64,000 bases of DNA from Takakia lepidozioides (Eukaryota > Plantae > Bryophyta), in assembly GCA_030704615.1 (NCBI GenBank), contig CM060734.1, positions 43,958,001 to 44,022,000 on the forward strand, read 5' to 3'. Below, in pieces: positions 1 to 12,240 of the stretch. The translations under genes were made by a program, and so were the position numbers. The notes beneath the pieces are model-generated. The model saw nothing but the letters and a program-made list of their open reading frames with translations, made no database searches and was not told the DNA's origin. Each line of letters opens with the position of its first letter. The stretch's first letter is position 1.

Positions 1-2700
1 AGAAGCAGTTGTTCCAGACAGCGAGCTTCCATCTCCTGATATAGGCCTCCAGTGTGATCCGGGGGCAAGCCATCTGGATTTTGTAGTCTGCCATCGACTC
101 AGCAAGTGCAGCCACTGCGCGTTTTTCTAACTGCAACAAGAAAGCTCGTAAGAATTTTCAGAGGTTACGGAGCATCAAAAATGTCTGAAAATGGTTTGGT
201 TCAAACCTTACCTGGCTCCAGAATGTGGCTTTGTGTAGCCACTGGTCGAATGTATGGTCGCTAACAACTCTTATTGCTTGTGTCTTCGGGTCCCTCTCTG
301 GAGTTGGGAACATGTTCGTGTCTCTCACAAGAGGATCCGAATTCCATATCTCCAACCACCTGATTTTGGTTGCATTGTCCACCATTGAAATGGAAAGGCG
401 ATGTAGTTTCTCTTGAGTCATTTCTGGCTTGGAGCCATACTTATCATAGTGTGCTTTCACCTGTTCCAGAAATTCCGTGCCAAGACCTGGGTCTGCTATC
501 CGGATCTGTTTGTCGAATGCACTCATGAGGTTCTTCCTTTGATTTTTCATCTCGAACTTCATAATGTCCTCAAGCCCAGTTGCAGACCGCTGCTCTTCTG
601 TGTGGGAATCATAGTACTCTGCTTTCGCCTTCAATCCAGTTTCTGCTATTTCTTGCTGCATACATAACAGGTAAAAAGAATCAAAGACTGCAATTTCATC
701 ACAAAATTTGCAGTATTAACAGGCAAAAGGTGTCAAAAAGCTTACAGTGTACATGTACTCAAGAAAAGCCTCCCTTGTCAAGCTGTACCATGTGCTTGTC
801 TTCTTCTCAGCACACCTCTTCATCTGCTGAGGACTGAGCACGTTCGTGAATGACTCCAGTGGCATCAGCCCCTACCTTCTGGATGCGGAATAGAGTGTGG
901 CACAGATTGGTCGTCACATGAGATGTTTCATTGGACCTGGAAAAAAACCTTCAACTCATAAGATGATTTCAAATTGTCGAAACAAGTAACAGACACAAAG
1001 TTGGAAACTTACTTGTTTATGTCGTGCATGGCTGTCAAGAGCTGCGTGACACGTCCTTTGTGATCGAGAACCATGGAAACCACGCTCCAGTGCCATTCGA
1101 TGTCGTCCGAGTGCAAGCTTGAAATGTAATCCATCCAGGCAAGCAGTCTGTGGTTCCCATCCCAGACAAAAAACATCTTTCCCATGAATGCTTTTTGTGG
1201 AGGCCTTTTTGGACAGCTTGAACTCGAACTCCCTGTTTACATCCCGCCAGCATGCATCCCAACCTTGCTCAATGTCCTCTGTTACAAGACACTCCTCTCC
1301 TTTCGTGTTCATAGTGGATACGTAGAACACTGCTGATCCCTTGACATAGCCGTGAACAAAGTCGTCTTCAACTTCGTTATATCGTTCCTCAAGCCGGTCG
1401 AACAGCGGGCATGGAGATCATCCTGCACAGCGGAATGACCAGGTTTCCGCCCGGAACCTCCATCGACAGAATCACCTTCGACGAGTTCACTTTTTGCCCA
1501 CCAATTATCTCTCGGCCTTGTCTTCATAGTTTCCCTCCAATGCATCTTCCTCACCTTCACCTTCTGACGCGGCCAAATCTTCCCCTCGGATTTCCTTTTT
1601 CTTTTCCTCTGCACAGAATGAATTATCTGTGAGTGACAGATGAGCACCCATGGATCAACATTGCTTTGACGCAAGGTTGATTGATGGGGATGTAGTTTAG
1701 ACTGAAAAGCATACAGGAAAAACTTTTCAAGCAAAAAAGTGCTTTGCGTTGACGCAGGGTTCTTTTGGGAGCTTCAACTAATCAACTTTCCCTACCTTAC
1801 ATTTCAGGATATGAGAGATCGGACGCCTCCATTGAACAAAAAACTCATCAAAACCAGCCTTGCGTCAACGCAATGTTGATTCCATGTGCGGCATCTGTTC
1901 GTTTCACTAGAAGTTCTATCATACACAATGGAGGTAGGCATCAACCTTGCGTTGACGCGCAAGGTTGATTGCGAGCTCTCGGATCGGTGTTGAACAACAC
2001 AAAAGCTACAGGAAAAGTTGATTGCTGTGTCTTCTTCTTCTTCGAACTTGATGATGCGTCGCAAGCATCCATGTCTGTCTAGCTTGATTGTAGAGCAGCA
2101 TCTGCACTGTTTTTCATGCACAATATATACACTTGGGAGGTCGACTTCAACCTTGCGTTGACGCAAGGTTGATGTCGACCTCAATGCTTAGCAAGAACCA
2201 GAAAGAATCAGAGAGAGAGAAAGAGAGTTCATAGCCACCTCCGGTTTCTTCTTTGCACTTGATGATGCTCCTGACGCATTCAATCTTTCCATTTCGTCTG
2301 GAGGTAGCATGCTTCCAAGGAGGTCCCGATGGTGCGAAACAAGGGCAGACGGCATCGTTTCCGCGTCCGTTTGTTCTCCCTGCTCTTTGAAGACTGTTTC
2401 TCTACTCGCAGTGCTTCCTCCCTAGCCCAGCTCACTTCCTCGTCCTCCCCCCCCTTCTATTGGAGGTTGCTCATCGGTCGCCTCCGGGATCTTCAAGACC
2501 TTCCTCTCCACACTGCGGTTGCAGAATCCTGTTCTGCCCTTCGTCTTCCTCTACGCCGGATGTTTCTTCTCCCATTCTAAGTTCCCGTCTCGCCTTCCTC
2601 ATCCTCCTTAGCGCGTGCCCTTTGCTTCTTTGATGTGAAATAAAGTGTTCTTCGACGCTTGCTTCTCCCTCGGAATGGGGTCACCGTCTCTGCAGAATCC
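1..2700 (-). pseudogene. Intron-containing, decayed gene with ParB/sulfiredoxin-like WDGNHR motif (candidate MULE accessory gene)
   Basis: After correcting a 1-nt frameshift in the A-run near 1192, the minus strand reads KMFFVWDGNHRLLAWMDYISSLHSDDIEWHWSVVSMVLDHKGRVTQLLTAMHDINK (DGNHR at 1147-1161). A GTAAGT donor at ~1012 and a TTTTTTCCAG acceptor at ~937 continue the frame (SNETSHVTTNLCHTLFRIQKVG). A further exon lies at 158-661, and a charged N-terminal region at ~1450-2700. The 5' limit is approximate. Confidence 0.6.
1654..2182. repeat. Cluster of 5 palindromic motifs (consensus AACCTTGCGTTGACGCAAGGTT)
   Basis: Copies near 1654, 1743, 1857, 1940 and 2137. The copy at 2137-2182 is a 46-bp near-perfect palindrome. 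Confidence 0.85.
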
Positions 2701-3336
2701 AGGGTTGCAAAGACAATAAACGAGAAGAGGGAAAAAAGAGGACTATGGGAGGTTCATCGCAAGGCCTTCAACGCCAAGATGTTCGCTCGCAACGTTCAGT
2801 GCGCCACTGACTCATTCCACATGCATGGCGAACACGTGTCCATCTAATCGTTATGAAATATCGGCGGAGATCATTGGATCCTCATCCATTAAAAAACCGT
2901 TGGGGTCTAATCACCTCCCATCTGAAAAAGTTCGTTATTCTGGCATGTTCCAGAGGAATGTCAAGTGTGTACAGTTGTACAGCGGTGTAGGTGCCGTTAA
3001 AATTAAATGGAAATGGGCATCTCTTCTGGCCTCTCTGACATGACAACCAAACGGCGGCTCTGTCAGTCAATCTGTCAACGAATGCACTGGTGGGGCACTT
3101 GTGAAAAAACAGTTGGATTCTAGGATTGGCTGACATTAATGACCATGCGCTTGGTTTTCATGGGGAGACATTTCACAGAAGTGGAAACCCGCGTTAGGAG
3201 ATCTGCAAGCCGGAGCGATACCTGTAATTCTCTGTGAGGACTGCAAAAACTCCGCTCCCACACAATTGCATTCACAAGCACGGTCGGACTGTGAACTCTA
3301 CTTTCTGAAGCAACATCGACATATGGCCTCCCAGCC

Positions 3337-6300
3337 ATGGGCTGCCTTGACGCGGACTTCTTCAGTGAGGACCACCCTGTGCCATTTTCTTACGAGGTGG
3401 AAGATGATGGTTTTGCGCTGGTGCATGAACACGTCCTCGCAACGCAGTTTCGGTTGGAAAATGGAACTCTATTCCTTCAAAGGGAAGTGTACGATGGCAA
3501 TGGAAAACTTCTCAAGTACGTGTTCCAGAAAACCTTCGCATACTGCACCAGCCACACAATGGAGAGTGCCTCCAGGCAGATACAGGGTGCTCAGTGCCCC
3601 TCTGAGACAGTCTGCAGGATCTTTCTTACTCCTGGCACGGAGCATCAGTGGCCCAGGAGAAAAACACCCGTGGTTGTCAAGAAGGAGATGAGTACCGTTA
3701 ACACTGTAGTTGAGCTTTCGGACTCATCCTCCGATGACACATGTGCAATACCGCCCGTGGATCAGCCATGTCCACCTGTAGAAGCAGATGTGGAGGAGAT
3801 CACCAGTGTCATTCCTAAACTGAAAGCCATGGGAGGGATGGCAGGTTTCAAGAGTGAGTTGAGGGGATAGACTGGAGCACTTTCAATATTCAGAGGGTGG
3901 CATTCTTGCCGGAATCTTTTGATGGTAATACTGTTTTCGAGCTGCCTCCTCCTGGTCGTTTGGGGGGGCATTTCTAGTCTCCTGGAAGGAATGGACAAAA
4001 AGCACGATGGGCACCCTTGGTGCCGCCACAAAAAACCTCCAATATTCACAACAACGACAACTCATATTCAGGGAACACAGTTGTAATGCACCTGAAATGG
4101 AGAACATGAAATGCAGACACTTCGCATTGTCAGGTGTGCAAAAACCAAAGCGAATGGATGGTGTTCAGTGAGAATCCATTCAAGCCTGGGGGGACACCAC
4201 CATACAGTAACACTTTTGTGTGCAAGTTCTGTAGGGTACCACCTTGCTGCCTTGCTTTGTGTGGCGCCAGAATGTATTATGTGGTGCATCGATTCAAAAC
4301 CCTGACTAGAGCCTGTGTCCATTTCGGTTTTCACAACCACCCTGTGTCCAGGGGGATTATAGGGAGAGCGTTTGACACAGTCTCGCGTCTGATAAGGCAA
4401 GAGTTGGATACCAATCCAACTGGAACCACATCTGCAATTGCCATGGGGGCGAGCAAGTCCTTTCTGGAAAGCCGTATTCTGTGTGCATCAAATTCGGTTG
4501 GAGGAATACTGGAGGGATTGGCTTTGGACACTGTTATGGACCATTTCTCAACTTTGACTTCTCCAAACATTAGGAATCAGGTGACGCTTTAAGAATGGGC
4601 TCTGGGAGCCGAGGTTATATGGACAATATTATGGATTTGAAGAAAAGGAGCATGTTATGACTACATCCAAGACAGCGTTTTCCCGGGACAAGGAGCCAGG
4701 AAAGTGTTCTTGTTCAAAATGTCCACAAAAGGTAGAGGGCAGCGGGGTCAGCCTGGTTAAACGTATGCAGAAGGGTGGTGATCTTGGCAACTGCTTCCTT
4801 ATGTTCGATCATGTCAAGAGGGTTAAAGACTGGACCACAATGGCATGTCATGTTTACGACCCTGTTACCAGCGGGGTCATGACAATTGCAGTGTGTGACA
4901 TGCAGTCAGAGGACACAGATTCACAACAGCTCATGTAGGAAGCTCTCATTCGAGTTATGGCCTCCAATGGTCTCCCATCTCCCAATTCGTTGGTTTCATG
5001 GCCGATAGTGCTCAAGCTAACTTCAACGCTGTCCGCATTGTGTTCGGGACGGGAGACCCAAAAGTGCCAATGCCTGGAAGAGAACGTACATGTCTTTTCC
5101 ATTGGACACAATCCCTGGACAAACACACAAAGACATACATCAAGCCAGATATGCAGACTATGCATCGCCAACTGTGCAACCAGTACAAGGACGCCAAAAC
5201 TATGGGGGAAGCGAATACATTGTTCCAGACAATTCGTGCCTGGTGGTACTCATCTGGAGCGGCATCGGAGGACAGCATGAGGGCACTGCAAGACTGGTTC
5301 GCATTTTGGCACTTCCGTTACCGACAGTGGGGAGCGGCCATGACAACGGTGAGTGGTTTGTATTCACCTTCGTTGTGGGTGCTTCGGATATATCTTTCAG
5401 GGTCCAATCCTAATATCGGGTTTCTGTTTTTTTTCCTTGCAGCATATGTCCATTGAGGAGATGGCGGACATGCCTTCTTGCAATCTTGCAGAGACAGTGC
5501 ACAATGCCTGGTTGCAACAATCCGGCAAAAAAGGGAGAGATTGTATGCGGCGACGGCCGATGACCTCATTCGTGCTCTGCAGCAGCAAACCAGATATAGG
5601 TCATTCTTGAGCAGCAGCAAACCAGATATAGGTCATTCTTGAGGGGTGGCTTTGGTGCAAAGGTCCGGACAGGAGCGAGTTGATGTTGCGCAGCTGGAAG
5701 ATCAGGGGATCCCAGCAAATAGCGCGGCAGTGAGCATATGTGCAGATGGCACCCCTCTCTGGGAAGAGTTCCCCATCTGGAAGGCGAAGAGAGATTCGGG
5801 TCTTGCAAACGGAAAATTGGACACCCCTCCCGGATCGGATGCAGATTCCCATAGGCCGGACAGGGTGAACTTCTCGACGCCACGTGTTCACTTGGATCAG
5901 AGATGGAATTGCGGAACATCCACAGGTGAGGGCTACTCTGGCCCAAACCGGACCCCTGCATCAAGCATTGTCACTGCAATGGTTGAAGACCAGAACGTGG
6001 TGCCGCATATAATCGAGTCCATGGGCTTGGACGAGGTTTGGCATATAGAACGCACAAGTGTTGGATCTCGTGTGAAATGCGCGGCGATCAGGGCCACCAA
6101 TCATGAAAAATGTACATCATTAATCTCCAGAGGGAAAGAACGTACTGCAGCTCCTATATTCACGGGTTTGTTTCTCCCTTACGGACAAGGCGAGGCAAAG
6201 AACCACAAGTTCTGGTTCTGCGCTGACGATTGTGGGAGATGTGTGCATGGTACAGTGAGGCCTTCCGTGGTAAGGAAGCCTACTCCACCAACCGTGTGGC

Positions 6301-6852
6301 CTGTGAAGATGGGCACAGGTCTCACTCACCGAGAGATTGCAATGCTGGAAGAGGCGGGTTTCTCCCTAGCCAGACATTCCATTGCACGTGAAGGTGCTTC
6401 AAGTGGAAGCGGTTCACGGGTACCTCCGCCTGACGCTCACTTGTGGCCAACCAGACGGAACGGGAAGCTTGTTCGACGATTCCCTCCAACCGCAGAACAC
6501 TACGGCAAAATTGAGTCCGCCAGAATGCTTCACGCTCGTGTTGCGGGGAACAATGGAAGTGCCTGATCCAGGGTATGGTCGGGTCTTCACCATGATCTCA
6601 TCCGCATCTGCGCTGCAGGACAGGACATACGAAATCACTGTTTCCAATTTTCCCAATTGTACATGTCCAGATTTTGTTGGTATGCTTTCAAGTAGTTTGG
6701 GAAAGAGAGGGAAGTTCATACCGTGCAAACACCTTTACTTCGTCTTCTTGAGAAGGATGGTTTGTGATCCAAAGCGCGACTTCTTCATTCACCAAGCCAC
6801 TATGAGTTTCAACGAAGTCAACACACTTCTACAGCGGGATACAAGCCCATAA
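3337..6852 (+). pseudogene. MULE-type DDE transposase with N-terminal GCM/WRKY-like Zn domain and C-terminal SWIM zinc finger (frameshifted)
   Basis: DNA-binding-like motifs GMDKKHDGHPW and CKFC...C...HNHPV. Catalytic-type motifs MFDHVKRV (D), FMADSAQA (D), CLFH (CxxH) and SCNLAETVH (E). SWIM motif CTCPDF...CKH in ORF 6382-6852. Likely intron at ~5349-5442. Several stops and frameshifts, plus a ~32-bp duplication at 5579-5642. Confidence 0.8.
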
Positions 6853-7032
6853 AAATCGGTGTTTTCCTTGACTACAACTTGTAATGGAATGACTATTCAA
6901 GTCCAGTGACTCTCAATGTATGACGTCAAACATCTTTGCTATGCGTGGGTCAATGCATTTGTCGCATTGGTTTGTCATTCTCTTTTCATTAGAAAACACA
7001 AGAAACTACCTTCAGATAGACAGATGATCAAA

Positions 7033-7225
7033 TCAACCTCGTCTCAACACGAGGTTTACTTGAAGTTCTCCAAATCCTCCTTGTGTTGACACAAGGATGA
7101 TTTTAGTTCTCAGAAAACAACATCGTGTCAACACGAAGTTCATTTTTGTTCCAGGAAAACAACCTTGTGTTAACACGAGGTTTTGTTGAAGTTCTCCAAA
7201 TCCCCCTTGTGTCGACACGAGGTTC
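7033..7225. repeat. ~42-bp tandem units each containing the palindrome AACCTYGTGTYRACACRAGGTT (5 copies)
   Basis: Copies near 7033, 7079, 7119, 7161 and 7204, downstream of the transposase stop codon. Confidence 0.85.
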
Positions 7226-7504
7226 ATTTCAGTTCTACGAAATGAAGCTCCTGTTAGCAGAAGGTTGAACTCCAGAAGCCCAAAACCCTTCATCCGTTTC
7301 ACCTTCATGTGGTGAAATCAACAGTTCGGGGGGCTCCACGGTTATAGGCCCACCTTCTTTGTGGTGACGTGGCATGACCTGGACCAGGCTCACGCCACGT
7401 CAGCATCAGCGCCATGTCAGCAGCGTGAGCGTAGGCTCACGCCACGTCATCATTGTGTGAGCGTACGCTCACACGCTCACGCGCCAGGCTCACGCGGTAG
7501 CGTC

Positions 7505-9878
7505 GTTGACAACAGGGAAGTATCCCGAAACAGGTAACAGAGACGAGGAGAAGTTGTGGCATGAATACTTTTCTGACCCCAGTCAATGGTGGGACAATCG
7601 AGGCAAAAAAGTGAATGCCTGTTGGACTACAGAGAGTAGCATATGCAATTGAGTATAGGAACTAGTGTGATCAGTTGAGTTGGGTATTTCCAGTTGACCG
7701 TCTACCCATGCAGGTTTTTTGTACCCATCCTTCCACATGGAATCATAGGTAATCTGGAGCTTGAAATCCGGCCCTCCTGGATGAATCTGGACCCACACTC
7801 TATCCCTGCTCCTTTAGCTATCCATGCCCCTGCACAAATCATGCATACATCCTCATCTTGCTGCTAGTAGCTGAGAATGACAACCTATAACTGCTTGAGC
7901 AAACACCCCAACCCTAGTTATCACACTAGTTCATATGTGTCTGCTTCCAACAGACATTCACCTTTTGCCTCAATTGTTCCACCAGTGACTGAGGTCGGAA
8001 ACGTATTTCACTCCAGAGCTTCTCCTCGAGTCTATGTTATCTATTTTTTTATACTTTCCTGTCAACCACATTGGTAATAACATGTCAAGATCACTCCCCA
8101 CAATAGATCCACCAACGAGCTAACTTGCAGAATTCAACATAAAAATCTAGGGATGACTCTGATAGCAGGGAAAAACAAGGTGAAATATGTGGAAGAAGGT
8201 ACCTTCAATAGCAGCGCCTTGTTCTATGAATTGTGTTGTTGCCGCTGCTGTTTCCAATTGACCATCTACCCACTTATAGCCGTTGTGCTATTGAAGGAGA
8301 TCATAGGTATCCAAAGCCTCCATACCATGTCCCTGCTCTGCATACCTTGCAAGTATCGCGTTCCATGACACCACATCTCGTTCAGCCATAGTGTTGAAAA
8401 CTCCCTCCGCATCCTTAATGCACCCACAGTTGGTATACATGTCCACCAGGGCAGTGTTCAGAATGACATCTGGTACATTTCCAGCTTTGACGATGTCACC
8501 ATGGACTTCTTTCCCCTTTTCCAGAGCTCCCAGGCATGCACACGCATTGCAAACACAAACAAACGTGATGTGGTTGGGCTTCACCCCTTCGCGCATCATT
8601 TGCCCATAGGTCTCCAAAGCATTCCTACCACACCCATGCTTGGTAAATCCTGCCAACATTATATTCCACATGGTCAAAGATCGTTGAGGCATTCTGTTCA
8701 AAACTGGTGAGCATGCATGATGCTCCTGCACTTAACATACATATTTGACATGGGTGCTGAGTAGAAAAACATTTGGCATGAATCCACTTTGGATAATATG
8801 AGTGTGTAGCTGCTGCCATGTTACCCATGCCTCTGCACAAATCATGCATACATCCTTGTCGTGCTGCTTGCAGCCGACAAATAACAGCCTAGCCGCAACA
8901 GCGGCACAATTGATCAAATCAGGCACTATTAATCAAGGCACCTTATTCAACACATTTCACCCTGTTTTTCCCTCTTATCAGAATTGGCCGTATCCAGAAG
9001 TATTGCTCTGTTTAACAGGGTCCTTGATTTAGCTAGTAGCAACAGAACAAACTAGTACCACAACAATTCAGCCCGGGTGTAGGCTTGCTTATTTTTTGCT
9101 TACTGGGCCTTTTCAAGCATGAATTTTTGGACCTTGTGGCCTTTGAGGTGTCCATTGGGACATTGGTCTCATTTGGATTTTTGTAATATAATTTACAGGG
9201 CGTGTATTCCCCTGTACTCGTCTATTTTCATTGTCTAGTGGTTGCTAGTATGCAAGAAGGGCATTCTGTTTTTATATCGGAATTTCAACATGTAATGAAG
9301 AATTTAAATCATTTAATCTATTTTTATTTTTATATAATATTATTAAATTAAACAAATACTACCATTTAATAAAATTTTCCAAGCTGCTATTCCCCTATTT
9401 TTTTTAAATATAAATATAAATTTAAGAATTTAAAATTACAAATATAAACTATTAAATTATTTTCAAATAACATTCTTGATGACACATGCATTATATGACA
9501 CGACATTCTTTTATCCAGATTTTCACCACGTGTAAAGATAAGTAGTCATATATTATGTCTAAGTGCCACATGTCCATCTGAAGTGCAACAGGTGTCGTGA
9601 TGTGTCACCTACGCAGTGGTGCACGTGCTCCTTTAAAGCCTCTCCATGTAGGCAACGCTCAGCAGACAATGTAGTCATAGAGTTGTGATTACATCCCTCT
9701 CTTATGATGACTCCAGGTGCCACGCACGCAGTTACGACTATGACTTGCAAAACGCAGTCCTAAAGACTAGTCGCTATGACAGGGTTTTTTTCACTACAGA
9801 GTGATGTAGTCATGAACGCATATAGGACTGAAAAAATAGTCATATGTGCAGTCATAAAAACACTCATCTGTTGTAGTG
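7505..9878. mobile_element. Right part of a non-autonomous Pack-CACTA element (left end outside window)
   Basis: Ends in ATCTGTTGTAGTG at 9866-9878 (reverse complement CACTACAACAGAT). Dense subterminal TAGTCAT/ATGACT repeats at 9540-9860. Copia pol sequence follows immediately. Confidence 0.8.
7512..9030. pseudogene. Captured, internally inverted PDF-motif/PPR gene fragments
   Basis: EEKLWHEYFSDPSQWWDNRGKK (+, ~7546-7610) and IHPGGPDFKLQITYDSMWKDGYKKPAWVDGQL (-, ~7690-7790). PLS-type PPR motifs (-, 8288-8810) include TMWNIMLAGFTKHG, GVKPNHITFVCV and NTALVDMYTNCGCIKDAEGVF. Confidence 0.8.
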
Positions 9879-10088
9879 AACTTGCCTTTCTTTGAATACA
9901 TGTGGCAATAGTCTTTGTCATAGATAGCAACAACTCCCTTATCGATCAGTTATCCCACATACATCAAATTCTTACGTAAATCTGGAACATAAAGTGCATT
10001 TTGGATGATCACTTTCTGCCAAACACCGTTAACTAGGGACTGGATTTCGATATTTCCAACTCCAGCAACCCAAACTGTTGTATCCGTA
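9879..10088 (-). mobile_element. Copia pol fragment between the two CACTA insertions
   Basis: Minus strand reads TDTTVWVAGVGNIEIQSLVNGVWQKVIIQNALYVPDLRKNLM. This directly continues ...GVWGVRVA from the far side of the CACTA at 15451. Confidence 0.85.
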
Positions 10089-10529
10089 CACTACAACAGA
10101 TCGCGGTATATCTGACTGCCGAGCCGCGGTAATCATGGTTTTCCTAACTTTGACCATGACTTCCCTGTATTTTTTGGACCAAATGGGGTTTCACGTAGTC
10201 GTTGAAATAACTTCGTGACTACGTAGTCGCCCAGAGGACTGCGTTGGTAGACGTCGTCATGACTGCATGGGTTCGCAGGAGACGGAATGGTGGTCAACGA
10301 TGATTCACCAGCGCCAGCTTGCCACCAACAGTCGACGGAATGGTGGTCAACGATGATTCACCAGCGCCAGCTTGCCACCAACAGTCGCCGGAATGACTTC
10401 AAGTGCAAGCTTGGTAGCCAAAAGGTTAAAAAATTCAAAAAGTTATTTGTAGGGTTGCCCATTAGAGGGTTGGGACTTAGCCTCATTTTGGCTTTGTGTT
10501 TTTTGGTCTCCTGCGCGTTTTCTTAGTAA

Positions 10530-12240
10530 AGAGCCGAGAGCATGGAACGCGATGATCGCAAGAGATATGTAAGGGCGTGGGATGGAGGCTTTGCAGAGCT
10601 ATTCTTGAGCAAATGATGCAGGAAGGGCGAGGATATGCACAGCGTGGGCATGGTATAGAGGCTTCGGAGACGTATGAGCAAATAATGCGGGAAGGGGTGA
10701 AGCCGGACTGGGGTCACGGTCGTTTGTGTTTGCAATGCGTGTGAGAGCCTGGCAGCCCTGGAAAAGGGTAAAAAGTCCATGGTGACATTGTCAAATTTAG
10801 GGTATCCAGAAACAAGTAACAGAGACAGATGTGGCAGTATTGAGGATACAAAGGGAATGTTTGAGAATATGGCTGAACGAAATGTCGTGTCCTAGAGTGT
10901 GATGATCGCGGGATATGCCCCAGCATGGATGCGGGATGGAGGCATTGGAGACCTATGAGCAAATGATGCGGGAAGGGGTAAAGGCAGACAGACTCGGTCA
11001 CGTTCGTTTGTAAATGCAATGCGTGTGCGAGCTGCCTGATTCTTCTTCGACCCGTTTCAGCCTGTTTTGCCCTCTCATCAGACTCGGCCTTGAATTGCTC
11101 GGCGGAGCAGAGCTAGCATGAGTTTTTTACAGATCCTTCACGATGGTGGGACAACCGCGATCACAAGTGCTTTGACATGTTATTGCCAATGTTGCAACTG
11201 GAAAGTATCCAAAAACAGATAATAGAGATGAGGAGAAGCTATGGAATGAATACTTCTCCGACCCCAGTCAATGGTGGGACAAGCGAGGCAAGAAAGTGAA
11301 TGCTGTTAGATTACAAAGAAAATCAGATGCAATTAGCATAGGAGCTAGTGTGATAAGTAGGGTTGGGTTATTTGTTAGAACAAATCACTGTCAGTTGCTG
11401 GCAGCAAGGCGAGGATCTATGCATGTTTTGTGCAGAGGGGCAGATAGGAGCAAGGATAAAGTGTGCGTCCAGATTCATCCAAGAGGGCCAGCACAAGATT
11501 ACCTATGATTCCCTGTGGATCAATAGCTACATGAAACTTGCATGGGTAGATGGTCAACTAGAAGCAGCAGCGGCTCCGGCACAGTTGATAAAGTGAGGCA
11601 GACCACAGTTTCTAAAAGAGGACCAAGAGAGGGAGTCCACAATGACTCTTCTGGGACTTCTGGGCATGTGAAGATGCTTTGTGAAGCTGACTGACTGACA
11701 CGGCTCTACATACTTTAAACCAAGGAGGAGGCATTTCAGCAGATTCAAATACATATGTCTATCTCTTGCATAAGTACATCAAGATGAAAGGACTGGAAGC
11801 TGGAAAACAGGTGCACGCTCACATCATCCAAAGTGGATTCAAGCCAAACGTTTTTTTACGCAACATCCTTGTCAACATGAATGTTAAGTGCGGGAGCATC
11901 ATGGATGCTCACCAAGTGTTCAACAGAATGCCTCAACGATCTTTGATCACGTGGAATATTATAATGTTGGCAGGATTTACCAAGCATGGGTGTGGTACAA
12001 ATGCTTTGGAGAACTATGAGCAAATGAGGCTGGAAGGGGTGAAGCCCAGCCACATCACATTTGTTTGCGTTTGCAATGCGGGTGCGAGCCTGGCAGCCCT
12101 GGAAAAGGGCAAAGAGGTCCATGCTGACATCGCCAAGTTGGAATTGTACCAGATGTCATTCTGAATACTGCCCTGGTGGACATGTATGCCACATTTGGGT
12201 GCATTGAAGATGCAAAGGCAATGTTCGACAAAATGCATTA
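10530..12240 (+). pseudogene. Captured PPR and PDF-PPR gene fragments
   Basis: Decayed PPR repeats at 10530-11040. PDF exon 1 (EEKLWNEYFSDPSQWWDKRGKK, ~11230-11296), a GT..AG intron, then PDF exon 2 (~11473-11590) running into PPR repeats (GKQVHAHIIQSGFKPNVFLRNILVNMNVKCGSIMDAHQVFNRM). Confidence 0.8.

Larger units (their letters stand above)
1..7504. mobile_element. Mutator-like (MULE) DNA transposon with two divergent genes; right end near 7504, left end outside window
   Basis: Contains a DDE/SWIM transposase (3337-6852). A GC-rich terminal region at 7360-7504 has repeated GTGAGC/GCTCAC and CCACGTCA motifs and ends ...GGTAGCGTC. The sequence then switches abruptly into a PDF-exon copy (GTTGACAACAGG). 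The TSD and left TIR are not visible. Confidence 0.65.

Noticed and set aside
956-1330. Bacterial parB gene, contamination or recent HGT
   Set aside because: The gene has GT-AG introns and lies in a plant TE nest; only the motif is ParB-like.
7033-7225. Palindromic repeats with short spacers as a CRISPR array
   Set aside because: The spacers are ~20 bp and related to each other (tandem units), the context is a eukaryotic TE, and there are no cas genes.
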